From Salinispira sp. (GTDB lineage: Bacteria > Spirochaetota > Spirochaetia > DSM-27196 > Salinispiraceae): a DNA stretch of 64,000 bases. The translations under genes and the position numbers were made by a program. How positions within the stretch are numbered: the first letter of the stretch is position 1; each line of letters starts with the position of its first letter. The stretch covers positions 1,760,001-1,824,000 of the forward strand of contig OZ271918.1 in NCBI GenBank assembly GCA_965602015.1, read 5' to 3'. The notes beneath the pieces are model-generated. The model saw only the letters and a list, made by a program, of their open reading frames with translations, ran no database searches and was not told the origin of the DNA. This document shows, one piece after another, positions 48,116 through 58,483 of this stretch.

Positions 48116-49930
48116 ATGGATCACAGCCAAGGCGAATTACCCAATATCGTTGTAGAAACCCGCATGCTTTACCCGAGAATTCACGACAGGGCTGAGTTTC
48201 GGCATCGATTTTCGCGACTGTTTCGCGAATCCCATTGCCTCTACCTGCTATTCTCCCCGGGGCTTGGCTACGGCGTCGATTGGCTCATTGACCATGATCT
48301 GCCCGAAGGCAGCAGACTCTTCATTTTCGAAGGCTGGGGGCCTCTCCACAATCTGTATTTCGCTGAAGAAACCCGGCAACAAAGAGAATCCGACCCCGCA
48401 CTCGAAGCACTAAAGCTCCCGGCGTTAAAGAGCGCACTCGATAATGCGCCTCACATCAGCTTCTGTCCCGCACGGGACATAATTTCCCAGAGACGATGGC
48501 TCCAGGACCTCATCGCCCTGCCTTCGCCAATCCGCCGGGTACGGGCTCTGCGCTTTTGCTCACATCCTCAGGGAATAAAAAAACAGTACGATGTTCTCGA
48601 ATCCGACGCAGTTCGGACAATCCGACAGCATTGGCAAAATCATTCGACGGCCCTGTATATGGCGCCACTCTGGATTCGCAATATAGTGCGCAACATTGTG
48701 GACTGGAGTGCAGATATCCGAATCTCCCAACAGCATTCGGGGACTAGAGCGCTATCCCACATGGAGACCCTGCGAAATGGACGGGAGGTCCTGCTTTGCG
48801 GTGCGGGAATCAGTCTCGAAGGTTCAATTCAGCAAATCGACAAAGCCCGCAAGAGCAAAGACCTGCTTATAGCCGCCGTAGACACCGCCCTCCCCGCCCT
48901 GCTTGCCGAGGGAATCGTGCCCGAGCTGGTTTTTATGCTCGAAGCTCAATTTGCAAATATGGATGATTTTATCTGCGACGGCGGTTTTCGACGTCTGGAG
49001 GATGCGAGAAGTACGGTTGTTCACGATATTTCCAGTCATCCCCCGACACTCCGCCGTTTTTCACGCCGTATTGCAGTTACCAGCCTTTTTGCTCATAGCT
49101 CCTTTTTTTCCGACCTGCCCATGGTAACGGAGGAGATTCCGCCTCTTGGATCTGTCGGGGTTGCGGCGCTCTACCTGCTCCTGCGACATACCCACGGGCA
49201 GATAACTGTCCAGGGTTTTGACTTTGCCTTCCCGCCGGGCCGCACTCATTGCAGGCAGGCACCCTTTCACCAGAGAATTTTACGGATATCCGGAAGACTT
49301 GAGCCCAGCGCACTGTGGGCGATAGAACAGCCGGTACATCGGCGGGTACAGGGAGAATACCTGGGAGGCGCCGGATCCCCGGCCGGTGGATATCTTCTCA
49401 GCGACAAGACTATGGAGGGCTACTTTGAACGCTTCTGCGAAGTCATCGCGCTGTACGGCCACTGGAGGGTCTGTGCCGGCGCTCACAGCGGACTTGCCTT
49501 CCCCCCGGGATTGCTCAGCTCCCGGTCCCATAGCACGGCCCGGACGGCTAACAAGCCGCGCACAGGTTCCGTTCCCGGTCCCGACAGGGAACTCGTGCAT
49601 ACCTGGCTATCGAGCATACATTCTGATCTAAAAGAGATTCGAGAAGGGTTCGCCCGCTTGCTTCTTGAGGTTGCCCCGCCGGCGGAACGCCATGCTGCAG
49701 TCGCCTTCAGCGGGATGTCCGCATCCATCTGGGCTCAAACCGCAGAGCTGCTCGAAAAACGGGATTTTATCTGGCGTTTTCTTCCGGGGATTACCGAGAT
49801 TACCTACAGCGCCCGTTTTGTCACCCTGGTTTCCCAAAGCCTTCCGTTTTGGATCCGTGAGATCGCGAAGCAGATACGTCGTCTGGAAAGCCGCGGGAAG
49901 GCGGTAAACATGGCAACAGGGGCGAAGTAG
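48116..49930 (+). CDS. Maf/MptE-like (DUF115) protein
   Basis: SPGLGY, W.RN..RN, LLCGAGISLE, AVDTAL, GSV, GFDFAF..G.TH. Confidence 0.75.
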   Translation: MDHSQGELPNIVVETRMLYPRIHDRAEFRHRFSRLFRESHCLYLLFSPGLGYGVDWLIDHDLPEGSRLFIFEGWGPLHNLYFAEETRQQRESDPALEALKLPALKSALDNAPHISFCPARDIISQRRWLQDLIALPSPIRRVRALRFCSHPQGIKKQYDVLESDAVRTIRQHWQNHSTALYMAPLWIRNIVRNIVDWSADIRISQQHSGTRALSHMETLRNGREVLLCGAGISLEGSIQQIDKARKSKDLLIAAVDTALPALLAEGIVPELVFMLEAQFANMDDFICDGGFRRLEDARSTVVHDISSHPPTLRRFSRRIAVTSLFAHSSFFSDLPMVTEEIPPLGSVGVAALYLLLRHTHGQITVQGFDFAFPPGRTHCRQAPFHQRILRISGRLEPSALWAIEQPVHRRVQGEYLGGAGSPAGGYLLSDKTMEGYFERFCEVIALYGHWRVCAGAHSGLAFPPGLLSSRSHSTARTANKPRTGSVPGPDRELVHTWLSSIHSDLKEIREGFARLLLEVAPPAERHAAVAFSGMSASIWAQTAELLEKRDFIWRFLPGITEITYSARFVTLVSQSLPFWIREIAKQIRRLESRGKAVNMATGAK

Positions 49931-49932
49931 CG

Positions 49933-51747
49933 CTAATCCTCGTCGTCGGTGCGCAGCACGGATAAAAAGGCGCTCTGCGGCAGTTCGACGTTTCCGACCA
50001 TCTTCATGCGCTTTTTGCCCTCTTTTTGCTTTTCAAGCAGCTTGCGCTTCCGGCTGATATCACCTCCATAGCACTTGGCGGTAACATCCTTGCGGAGGGC
50101 CCGAATAGTTTCCCGGGCGATGATCGTCGAACCGATGGCTCCCTGAATCGGAATCTGAAACTGGTGGCGCGGTATTTCCCTGGTGAGCTTTTTACAGACT
50201 TTACGGGCGCGGTACGCCGCATTATCACGGAACACCAGTTGGCTAAGGGTGTCGACGGATTTTCCGTTGATGAGTATATCGAGCCGGGCGAGGTCGGTCC
50301 TTCGGTAATCAATAATTTCATAATCAAAGCTTGCGTATCCCCTGCTGAGACTCTTCAGCCGGTCATAGAACTCGAACAGCACCTCAGCCAGAGGCATCTC
50401 GTAGATAACTTCCACCCGCTTCTCATCGAGGTAAATCATATCTTTTTGAATTCCCCGTTTCTCAAGAGCGAGGCTCATGAGATTTCCAATGTAATCCGTC
50501 GGGGTAATGATGCTCGCCTTAATGTAGGGTTCCTTGGAGTAGTCGATCTTTGTGGATTCGGGCATTTCCGTGGGGCTCTCCACCTCGACCATTTCACCGT
50601 TATTGAGAAATACCTCGTAGCGCACCGAAGGAGCCGTAAAAACGATTGATAGATCAAACTCGCGTTCAAGACGTTCTTGTACAACTTCGAGGTGAAGAAG
50701 GCCGAGGAAGCCGCATTTAAAACCGAATCCCAGAGCGACCGAGCTGTCCTTTTCGAAGAAGAGGCTGGCGTCATTGAGCTTCAGCTTGTCCATGGCTGCC
50801 GCCAGCTCATCGTAATCATTGCTGTCTACAGGATAAATGGATGAGTAGACCATAGGTTTAACTTCCCGGAAACCCGGCATAGGCGCCGCAGCGGGATTTT
50901 TCGCATCGCTTACGGTGTCGCCTACTCTAATGTCCCCGATGGTCTTTATTCCCGCAAGGAAATAACCGACTTCCCCGGCCTTGAGTTCGGCGCATGGTTC
51001 CAGTCCGATCTTGAAACGCCCGATCTCGTCAATCTTGTACCGGGAATTGGAACCCATAAACAGGATCTCCTGGCCTTTTTTAAAGCTTCCGTCAAAAATC
51101 CTGAAATGGACAACTACACCCCGATAGGGATCGTAATGGGAGTCGAACACCAGGGCCTTCGCCGGCGCTTCGGACTCACTTTGAGGACAGGGAATATCCC
51201 GAACGATTTTTTCAAAAAGCTCCTCGATTCCCACTCCCATTTTTGCGGAGATCTGCGCAGCATTATCCGCATCCAGACCCAGGTCGTGATCAATTTGCTT
51301 CATTATCCGGGGAATGTCGGCGGCGGGCATATCGATTTTATTGATTACCGGAATGATTTCGAGATCATGTTCCAGAGCCAGATAGAGATTCGAAAGGGTT
51401 TGGGCTTCCACCCCCTGGGTGGCATCCACGAGCAATAGCGCGCCTTCGCAAGAGGAAATGGCCCGGGAAACCTCATAGGTAAAATCCACATGGCCCGGGG
51501 TGTCAACGAAATTCAGCTGATATGTCTTGCCGTCTGCAGCGGTATACGGAACCGTAACGGCCTGACTCTTTATTGTGATTCCCCGTTCGCGCTCGATATC
51601 CATGGAATCGAGAATCTGATCCTTGTAATCCCGTTCGGCGATAATGTGTGATTTTTCAATAAAGCGGTCGGCCAGGGTCGATTTGCCGTGGTCGATGTGG
51701 GCTATGATACAGAAATTGCGTATCAGGGAGATGTCGTGTTGGCTCAT
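49933..51747 (-). CDS. lepA: Elongation factor 4
   Basis: IRNFCIIAHIDHGKSTLADR, ERERGITIK, DTPGHVDF, KCYGGDISRKRKLL. Confidence 0.98.
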   Translation of the reverse strand: MSQHDISLIRNFCIIAHIDHGKSTLADRFIEKSHIIAERDYKDQILDSMDIERERGITIKSQAVTVPYTAADGKTYQLNFVDTPGHVDFTYEVSRAISSCEGALLLVDATQGVEAQTLSNLYLALEHDLEIIPVINKIDMPAADIPRIMKQIDHDLGLDADNAAQISAKMGVGIEELFEKIVRDIPCPQSESEAPAKALVFDSHYDPYRGVVVHFRIFDGSFKKGQEILFMGSNSRYKIDEIGRFKIGLEPCAELKAGEVGYFLAGIKTIGDIRVGDTVSDAKNPAAAPMPGFREVKPMVYSSIYPVDSNDYDELAAAMDKLKLNDASLFFEKDSSVALGFGFKCGFLGLLHLEVVQERLEREFDLSIVFTAPSVRYEVFLNNGEMVEVESPTEMPESTKIDYSKEPYIKASIITPTDYIGNLMSLALEKRGIQKDMIYLDEKRVEVIYEMPLAEVLFEFYDRLKSLSRGYASFDYEIIDYRRTDLARLDILINGKSVDTLSQLVFRDNAAYRARKVCKKLTREIPRHQFQIPIQGAIGSTIIARETIRALRKDVTAKCYGGDISRKRKLLEKQKEGKKRMKMVGNVELPQSAFLSVLRTDDED

Positions 51748-51803
51748 TGGATGGCACTATATCAGAATCGATGGGCCGTATCAATTCCGCCCCGGTAGAG
51801 GAT

Positions 51804-52205
51804 TTACGGAAGTTCGATTCCGGATTTTCTGATTTCTTCCAGCAGTATGTCTTTCTGGATAGGCTTGACGATGTAGCCCGTTGCCCCGCCCCGATTAAAT
51901 GCCCGAATCACATTCGCAGGATCCTCGAGGGCAGTGGTCATAATTACCTTGACTTCCTCCGCGGAATTGATGCCCATTTCCTTCTCGGTGGAGCGTATAA
52001 GCTGGAGAGCCTGCTGCCCGTCAAGTTTGGGCATCATGATGTCAAGGAGAATTAAATCGTAGGGTTTCTTTTCGCTCCAGGCAAGCTTAAACGCGTCGAT
52101 TGCCTCTTCACCGTCAACAACGGTTTCGATGTCACCGTACTCTTTGAGAATTGCCTGCAGTAATCTTCGGCTTCCGAAATCGTCTTCAACTATCAAAAAA
52201 CGCAT
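51804..52205 (-). CDS. Single-domain response regulator (CheY-like)
   Basis: IVEDD, LLDIMMP, MTTA, IVKP all intact. Confidence 0.92.
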   Translation of the reverse strand: MRFLIVEDDFGSRRLLQAILKEYGDIETVVDGEEAIDAFKLAWSEKKPYDLILLDIMMPKLDGQQALQLIRSTEKEMGINSAEEVKVIMTTALEDPANVIRAFNRGGATGYIVKPIQKDILLEEIRKSGIELP

Positions 52206-52233
52206 TGATGCCCCCGTCGTTCTATCCTTTAGT

Positions 52234-54966
52234 TTACAGTATATTCGACATCTTTTCGATATCCTTTCTGATATTATTCAATATATCAAAAACTATCTCG
52301 CTATCCTCACGCCGGGCCGCAAGTTGAATCCTGAATAGATCATTCGCCATCAAATCGAGTTCGCGTTCAGCGCAATAATTGCGCAATGTCCCTGCCAGCT
52401 CGGCGACTTCGGCAAAATTGCCCGACAGGGTCTCGGAATTTATGGCTTCAAGCTTTTGACGGATATCCTGTCGCACACCCGTATGAGCTCGATCACTGTG
52501 CTCGGCTATTCGTTTCCCGAAGCTCATCAGCAGAGCCAGGTAATTCTCCGGCGATAAGTCGACCGTCCGGACGGGCAGAAAGCCGGAAGCCCGGTATCGT
52601 TCCTCCCGGGTAATAAGTTCCTGAACGGGAAAGGCGGCATCGAGAAAAACGAGGACCGGGCAGTTGTGGCCACTTCGTTTTCTCAACTGTTCAATGCCCG
52701 AGGTAAATTCCCGCAAGCTCTCGCCGGGCTCCAGCAAGCCTTCAGGCGATATGCTGGTGTCGAAGCTGACGACCAGGTCGACCGCCGCAGTGTCATCCAC
52801 GAGACGCAAATCCGAGATGCCGCGAACCTGGATTTCGGCGCTTCGCAAAGAATCAAACAAATCAACTATGGACGCGGGAATTTCCGTTTGCTGTCTGCCA
52901 TAGGCGATGCAGACTTTGCGCAGCGGCGGTAATTCACTCTCGGACTTGCCGGCCGGTCGTTTGGATGTTGCCACGAGGGCAGGGCGGAGAATCTCATCAA
53001 TTTGAAGCGGTTCGGCGACATAAAGGACGTCTAAACCGCTTCGGCCCCATATCTCCAAACCGCGGCTTGTCGGGGTCTTGCACACCATATGGGAAAAATG
53101 AGTATCGTCCCTGCTCTCCTTCTGGGTGAAAAAAACAATTGCCTCCCGGTTCCACGTGCTGCGGCTATCATGCATGAAGACTGGTTTTATGCCGGGAGTT
53201 ATCTCGAGCCGGGTGAGTTCGGCGTAGGTATCGCAGCGTTGATGTTTTAAATCCAGAAAATCCAACCAGCGCATCATGGATTCGGACCATCGCGGGTCAT
53301 CACCAATAAAAACCCATTCATAATGCCCTATCCTCTTCCGTATTTCCGCGGGAAGCAGGTCACTGACCTCGTCGCTATCCTGAACAAGCTTTTTGTTGAG
53401 GAATAAAAGATCCGAATCTTCGCGGTTCACAATAATTGATGCGGAGAATCGGCTCCCCCCGCCCCCTCCCTCGCAAAAGAGAATATCACCGCCCATCCTG
53501 AGGGCCAGGCGTTTGGCAATGGACAGGCCCAATCCGGTTCCGCCGTAGCTTCTCGTTGCCGTTGCGTCGATTTGGTAGAACGGCTCAAAAATCTTCTCCC
53601 GCTGATCTTCAGGAATTCCAATACCGCTGTCCTCTATATCAATTATCAGCTCCATCGGCTGACGAATTTCCGTCAGTGTGGTGGCATCCGGGGCTTCACG
53701 CTCATGTATCCGGCAGCTAATCCAGCCGGACGGGGTGAACTTCACGGCGTTTTGAAAGAGGTTCTCCATAATCTGGGCGATGCGGCCCTTATCTCCCCGA
53801 TAGATGCTGCGCATCCCCGGTTGGATTTCCATGTACACCCGCAGGTTTTTTCCCTGTGCCCGGCTAATCAGCGGCTCCAAGGTTTTGCCGATCAAGGAGG
53901 CGAGCTGAAACCGTTCGTACTCCAGGGTCAGCCGACGGGCCTCGAGCTTTGCATAATCGAGGATGGTGGTAACCAAGGTAGACAGGTTTCGGGTCGAACT
54001 CTTTAACAGCGAGAGGAATTCCTGTTGCTCCGGGTTCTCGGAGAGCTCGAGGGCCAGCTCGGCCATGCCGAGAATCGAGTTAAGGGGGGTGCGAAGTTCG
54101 TGACTCATATTAGAGATGAATTCGCTTCGGGATCTCGCATGAAGCTCTTCCTGGTGACTTGCTTCCCGTATTGATGTGGCGAACTGTTCAGCGCTCCGTT
54201 TATCGCGGATCACCACCAGGGTACCGATGGGCTCCTTTCGAAGATTATAGGTAGCATTCTGCTCAACCTCAACGGGGATTCTGCTGCCGTCGGAGCACAG
54301 CAGATCGGCCCGTTCAAGCAGGCTCATGCCGCCAAGCCGGGATTCGGATTCCTCAATGTTTTCGAGCTGTACCACATCATCAATTCCGCTGTTGAACAGC
54401 CTCAACACGGAAGTGTCCAAAATCCTTTCAGCGGCAAGGTTGACGTACTGAATCCTCCGATTGTTATCGACAATAAGCAGCCCCTCATCGACCGATGCGC
54501 TGCCGTTCGCCAGCCAGGCGTTGCTGCTGTACATGTCCCTGCTTCTGTGAAAATCTCCGATAACCTCGAGAATTTGCTTTTTAACCGAATCGGGGCTATA
54601 TGGCGGAATCAGGCTTCGATAGAGGTTCTTTAATCTCCGATACATCTCACGATGCTGGGGATCTCCCGGAGGTTCGCCGTACAGCATCACCGGCATCAAA
54701 TAATGACTTTTTAAATCCCAAATCGGGTGCCACGGAGTGAGGGACGGCTCAGCATGAGGATTGATAAGAAGGCAACTAGCACAATCCATGGCCACGGGCG
54801 AGGCAAAGAAATCAACCAGTTCATCGAGACTGATGGTTCGAATGTTGGGGAATCCCGCATCGCATAAGGCGTTGTAAAGCTCAAGATCGGGTTCGAAATC
54901 GGGATTGGCAATGAGCTGTACGCAGATGTTAGAAACCGTCAAATCGTTCGATATGTTCTGATCCAT
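52234..54966 (-). CDS. Cytoplasmic PAS histidine kinase with degenerate receiver/Hpt-like domains
   Basis: MSHELRTPLNS, NAVKFT, DSGIG, GGTGLGL; PAS YVNLAAERIL. Confidence 0.88.
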   Translation of the reverse strand: MDQNISNDLTVSNICVQLIANPDFEPDLELYNALCDAGFPNIRTISLDELVDFFASPVAMDCASCLLINPHAEPSLTPWHPIWDLKSHYLMPVMLYGEPPGDPQHREMYRRLKNLYRSLIPPYSPDSVKKQILEVIGDFHRSRDMYSSNAWLANGSASVDEGLLIVDNNRRIQYVNLAAERILDTSVLRLFNSGIDDVVQLENIEESESRLGGMSLLERADLLCSDGSRIPVEVEQNATYNLRKEPIGTLVVIRDKRSAEQFATSIREASHQEELHARSRSEFISNMSHELRTPLNSILGMAELALELSENPEQQEFLSLLKSSTRNLSTLVTTILDYAKLEARRLTLEYERFQLASLIGKTLEPLISRAQGKNLRVYMEIQPGMRSIYRGDKGRIAQIMENLFQNAVKFTPSGWISCRIHEREAPDATTLTEIRQPMELIIDIEDSGIGIPEDQREKIFEPFYQIDATATRSYGGTGLGLSIAKRLALRMGGDILFCEGGGGGSRFSASIIVNREDSDLLFLNKKLVQDSDEVSDLLPAEIRKRIGHYEWVFIGDDPRWSESMMRWLDFLDLKHQRCDTYAELTRLEITPGIKPVFMHDSRSTWNREAIVFFTQKESRDDTHFSHMVCKTPTSRGLEIWGRSGLDVLYVAEPLQIDEILRPALVATSKRPAGKSESELPPLRKVCIAYGRQQTEIPASIVDLFDSLRSAEIQVRGISDLRLVDDTAAVDLVVSFDTSISPEGLLEPGESLREFTSGIEQLRKRSGHNCPVLVFLDAAFPVQELITREERYRASGFLPVRTVDLSPENYLALLMSFGKRIAEHSDRAHTGVRQDIRQKLEAINSETLSGNFAEVAELAGTLRNYCAERELDLMANDLFRIQLAARREDSEIVFDILNNIRKDIEKMSNIL

Positions 54967-55014
54967 GTATTTTTACAGTATAGAGGATTCACCACAAAAT
55001 GGCATTGGGGTTTT

Positions 55015-56112
55015 TTACTTTATCCCGGTAGCCCCGAGAGGCGGAGAAAACATATGATTCAGTGTTTGGGCAATTACGTCTAGATGAAGAATCTGATGAC
55101 AATAACCGTGTTTTCGAGCCTCACCGGGCATACCGAATACCACTGAGCTTTCTTCATCCTGAATTATGCAATGCCCTCCGGCGTGAAAAATCTCTCCCAA
55201 ACCGATAACACCGTCATCACCCATCCCGGTTAAAAGGAGTCCCGTCGCCCTGTTGGCAAACCACATGGCCGCCGAACGAAAGAGCATATTTACCGAGGGG
55301 CGGTGCCGGCTCACCGGCGGCCCGGGAATCAGCTTGAAAAGTACTCGGTCATCCGGTGAATTGTACACGCAACCGTGCATGCTGCCTGGTATCAGGTAGA
55401 GATGGTCATTCTGGGCGGTCATTCCGTCGACAGCCAATTCCACGGCCTTTCCGCTGCGCCGGCTCAAATTTTGGGCGAACGGCTCGATAAACGAATCGGG
55501 CATATGCTGTACCATCACCATAGGCGGGTGACTGACCTGTACATCCTTGAGGATTCTAAACAGCGCCTCGGTTCCGCCGGTGGAAGCGCCGATAACGATA
55601 ACCTGTGATTTCGAACCGTTGTGTGCCCGGTCCTGGTATGGCAGCAGGGAGTCCGGGTGTACTTTTTCAAGCTGTTCGGCGAATTGAGGATTCCTAACCC
55701 GGGACAGGTCTTCCCGGTCACTTTCATCGGGTAGCTGTTCATAATGACGGTTCGACCCAATCATCAAAGCCCGTTCGATCAGCGCTTCGCGGTAGGGCTC
55801 CAGGTCTGAAATAACCCGGCTGTGCTCGAGGGTAAATGCGTTGGCCTGATTTTGCTCGCGCTGCTCCCGATGAAGAATCAGAATATGCTCATCAAGACGA
55901 TGCCTTCGGTCGACTATCCAAGCCCGGCTCCGCCGGTCCAGCAGCCTGTCCTCGACTATGAGCAGGTTGTGTACACAGTGCTCAAACTTGACAATGGCGA
56001 TATCGAGTGAGGCCGCAGTCAGCACCTGGTTAAAGCGCCCGGAATCCCTGCACACCCCCTGAAGCCATTGCCGGATCAACGCCGAGCTGTGCAGTACCAG
56101 GAGGTTGTTCAC
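55015..56112 (-). CDS. cheB: CheB-type methylesterase with a degenerate receiver domain
   Basis: GASTGG, VQHMP, HRPSV, LTGMGDDG, QDEESSVVFGMP. Confidence 0.88.
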   Translation of the reverse strand: MNNLLVLHSSALIRQWLQGVCRDSGRFNQVLTAASLDIAIVKFEHCVHNLLIVEDRLLDRRSRAWIVDRRHRLDEHILILHREQREQNQANAFTLEHSRVISDLEPYREALIERALMIGSNRHYEQLPDESDREDLSRVRNPQFAEQLEKVHPDSLLPYQDRAHNGSKSQVIVIGASTGGTEALFRILKDVQVSHPPMVMVQHMPDSFIEPFAQNLSRRSGKAVELAVDGMTAQNDHLYLIPGSMHGCVYNSPDDRVLFKLIPGPPVSRHRPSVNMLFRSAAMWFANRATGLLLTGMGDDGVIGLGEIFHAGGHCIIQDEESSVVFGMPGEARKHGYCHQILHLDVIAQTLNHMFSPPLGATGIK

Positions 56113-56519
56113 TCGGGAATCTCCACCGGTCCGCTGGGAATTCGAGCATATAACTCGAACATCTTGCCTGAAAGTTCGGCTTCGTCCATTTCGGAGTTTA
56201 CATACTCCCTGATGAGCTGCAGGCTTTCGAGCATAAACCTGGCTCGGGGCGGAGGAATTTCATCGCTGTATTCGCCGTCCTTGAGATTCAAACGCCTGAT
56301 CAGCCCGAGTACGGTCTCGGCAAGAGGCTGAATAGGCTCAAAGCCGAACATGACCGCAGAGGCCGACAACGCGGTAAACCCCCGGTACAGCGCTTCTGCG
56401 TTACCGGCTGACCGTTCGCCCTGAATCATTGGGCGAAGGAGGGCTTCGATGCCCCCAATGAGATGCCGACTTTCTTCGATGTACGCCGAATGGAAGCAGC
56501 TGCGGTCGCTGGCGCTCAC
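56109..56519 (-). CDS. Stand-alone CheA-P1/Hpt-like protein lacking the phospho-His
   Basis: F..AYIEES..LI..IE..L, EALYRGFTALSASAVMFGF. Confidence 0.65.
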   Translation of the reverse strand: MSASDRSCFHSAYIEESRHLIGGIEALLRPMIQGERSAGNAEALYRGFTALSASAVMFGFEPIQPLAETVLGLIRRLNLKDGEYSDEIPPPRARFMLESLQLIREYVNSEMDEAELSGKMFELYARIPSGPVEIPE

Positions 56520-56568
56520 AATAACCTTCCCTTGAAACCCCGCAGAGCGTGGTTTTTTTTTAATGGTA

Positions 56569-58479
56569 TTACAGGAAGCTGTTCAATTCAATAAAGTTTG
56601 CCAGTTGGAGCCCCTCCCTCAGATACCCGCCGCTGCGTTTTTGGATAATTATCTGTAGTACCGCAATATTTTGCTCCGGATCGAAGAACCAGTCGATGAG
56701 CTGGAAGGGATCGTTTTCGCTCAGGCCCGATTCATCGGCTATGCCGCCGGGGTAGACATCGGTAATGACGTATTCGCTCAGTCTGGTTCGCCGGGAAAGG
56801 GACTCCACCTGCATACCAAAAAGCGGGGGAAGCCAGCTGTCAACAAGGCGACGTTCGTCCAAAACCGCTTCCAGGGGTATGTGAGGCCGGCGGCCGCTGG
56901 CGGCCAACCTGATAAATTTCTCCTGGTCCGAAGAAAAACCTTCGATTCGGTAGAGCCGGTCCATGCCGCCGCGCAATAATCGTCTTTGGGCGTCCGGGAT
57001 TCTTCCAGGGTCAGCCCCGTCGATGGAGGTAATCACATCCCCGACGGCAAATCCCGCCCGGTATGCCGGCGAATCCGGAGACACATACAGAACCTCCAGA
57101 CCGGAGGCGTCTTCCCTGAGAGCCAGCCCGAGCCAGGGATGCTGCACTTCGCCCCCGTCAAACAGACGAGGGTAGATGAGAGTGATCCAGCTCGAAGGAA
57201 TGGCAAAATTCACCCCTTCGAATTGCTCGATTCCGGCGAAAACCACGCCGATTAAATTACCCTGGCGGTCAAAGAGGGGTCCGCCGCTATTGCCCGGATT
57301 CACCGGTGCGTCAATCTGCAGGGAATCACCGAGCTGCAGAAAGCGCCGGCCGGCGGCGGAGACAATGCCGGAGGTTACGCTGTTCTCCAAGCCGCCGGGA
57401 GAGCCGACGGCAAACAGCTGGCTGCCCGAACGAAGGGCGTCCCCGTTCTGAAAGCTCAGCAGCCCCCTCGCCGATCCCTCGACTTTTAAGAGGGCGATGT
57501 CGAACACCCTGTCATAGCCCACTACGCGGGCGGGTATGCGCAGGTCTGGGTTTTCACCGGGACGGATAAACAATTCGCTTCTTCCCTCGTATTCCGGGTC
57601 AACCTCTGACGCTATGACATGATAATTGGTAATTAAATAGCCGCGGGAATCCACGTAGAATGCCGTGCCGATGCTTCGCTCGGGGAATCCGACGCGATTT
57701 TGCACCCTGATGCCCTTGTCTACCCACACGGTCACCGAGGCATCTACGCCTATTTGAGCCTCCCAGGGAGCCTCAAGATACCGGCGATAGGACCCGTAGG
57801 GTTCGCTTTGGGTGTCCAGGGGGTAGTTTCTTTCAAGAGCGCTGAGGAGTACGGCAAGAAGTTTCCTGTTGTTGTGCCGCAAGGCTTCTTCAGAATAAAA
57901 ATCGAGGGCTTCTTTCTCCAGTCCGGCATCAACAACTCCGGACTCGCCCAATTCTTCTGCAGCCTGAGAAAAATAGAACAGCGCAAGACTGCCTTCGCCG
58001 GCGCTTCGGTGATACTCGGCGGCTGAGAGAAACAATCCGCTCATCTGGGGAATGTCGGCTGAATCAAAGGCAAAAGAACCTTCGGGAGACGGTTCAATCT
58101 CATTCCGATAACTCAACAGAAGCCGATAGTTTTGAAGGAGAGTATATTCATTGAATATGTCACCGGCATCCCTGGGGGTCTGGGCAGATCGGTCGGCGGA
58201 ACTGTCCCCCGGAAGGAGGGCCCTGTAGCCTTCGATGATGCGGTCGAGGGCGGCCACGCGATCCTGCAAAGGCAATTCGGCGCGAAACTGCTCCCGGCTC
58301 AAAAGAGCTGCGGCATCCAGGAGGTCGCGGGTGCTTTCGCCTTCCGACAAGCGTTCCAGCTCCGAAATGACAAAATCCTGATGCTCAAGCTCACGGTCGG
58401 GGGCAAAGACGATTGTCTGACTGGCACAGGAGACAGTGAGCAGCAATAGCAATGGCAAAGATATGGAGGATAATTTCAA
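56569..58479 (-). CDS. HtrA/DegP-like S1C serine protease lipoprotein with PDZ domain
   Basis: Lipobox TVSC; TNYHV, DIALLK, PGNSGGPL triad; PWLGL PDZ. Confidence 0.9.
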   Translation of the reverse strand: MKLSSISLPLLLLLTVSCASQTIVFAPDRELEHQDFVISELERLSEGESTRDLLDAAALLSREQFRAELPLQDRVAALDRIIEGYRALLPGDSSADRSAQTPRDAGDIFNEYTLLQNYRLLLSYRNEIEPSPEGSFAFDSADIPQMSGLFLSAAEYHRSAGEGSLALFYFSQAAEELGESGVVDAGLEKEALDFYSEEALRHNNRKLLAVLLSALERNYPLDTQSEPYGSYRRYLEAPWEAQIGVDASVTVWVDKGIRVQNRVGFPERSIGTAFYVDSRGYLITNYHVIASEVDPEYEGRSELFIRPGENPDLRIPARVVGYDRVFDIALLKVEGSARGLLSFQNGDALRSGSQLFAVGSPGGLENSVTSGIVSAAGRRFLQLGDSLQIDAPVNPGNSGGPLFDRQGNLIGVVFAGIEQFEGVNFAIPSSWITLIYPRLFDGGEVQHPWLGLALREDASGLEVLYVSPDSPAYRAGFAVGDVITSIDGADPGRIPDAQRRLLRGGMDRLYRIEGFSSDQEKFIRLAASGRRPHIPLEAVLDERRLVDSWLPPLFGMQVESLSRRTRLSEYVITDVYPGGIADESGLSENDPFQLIDWFFDPEQNIAVLQIIIQKRSGGYLREGLQLANFIELNSFL

Positions 58480-58483
58480 AATC

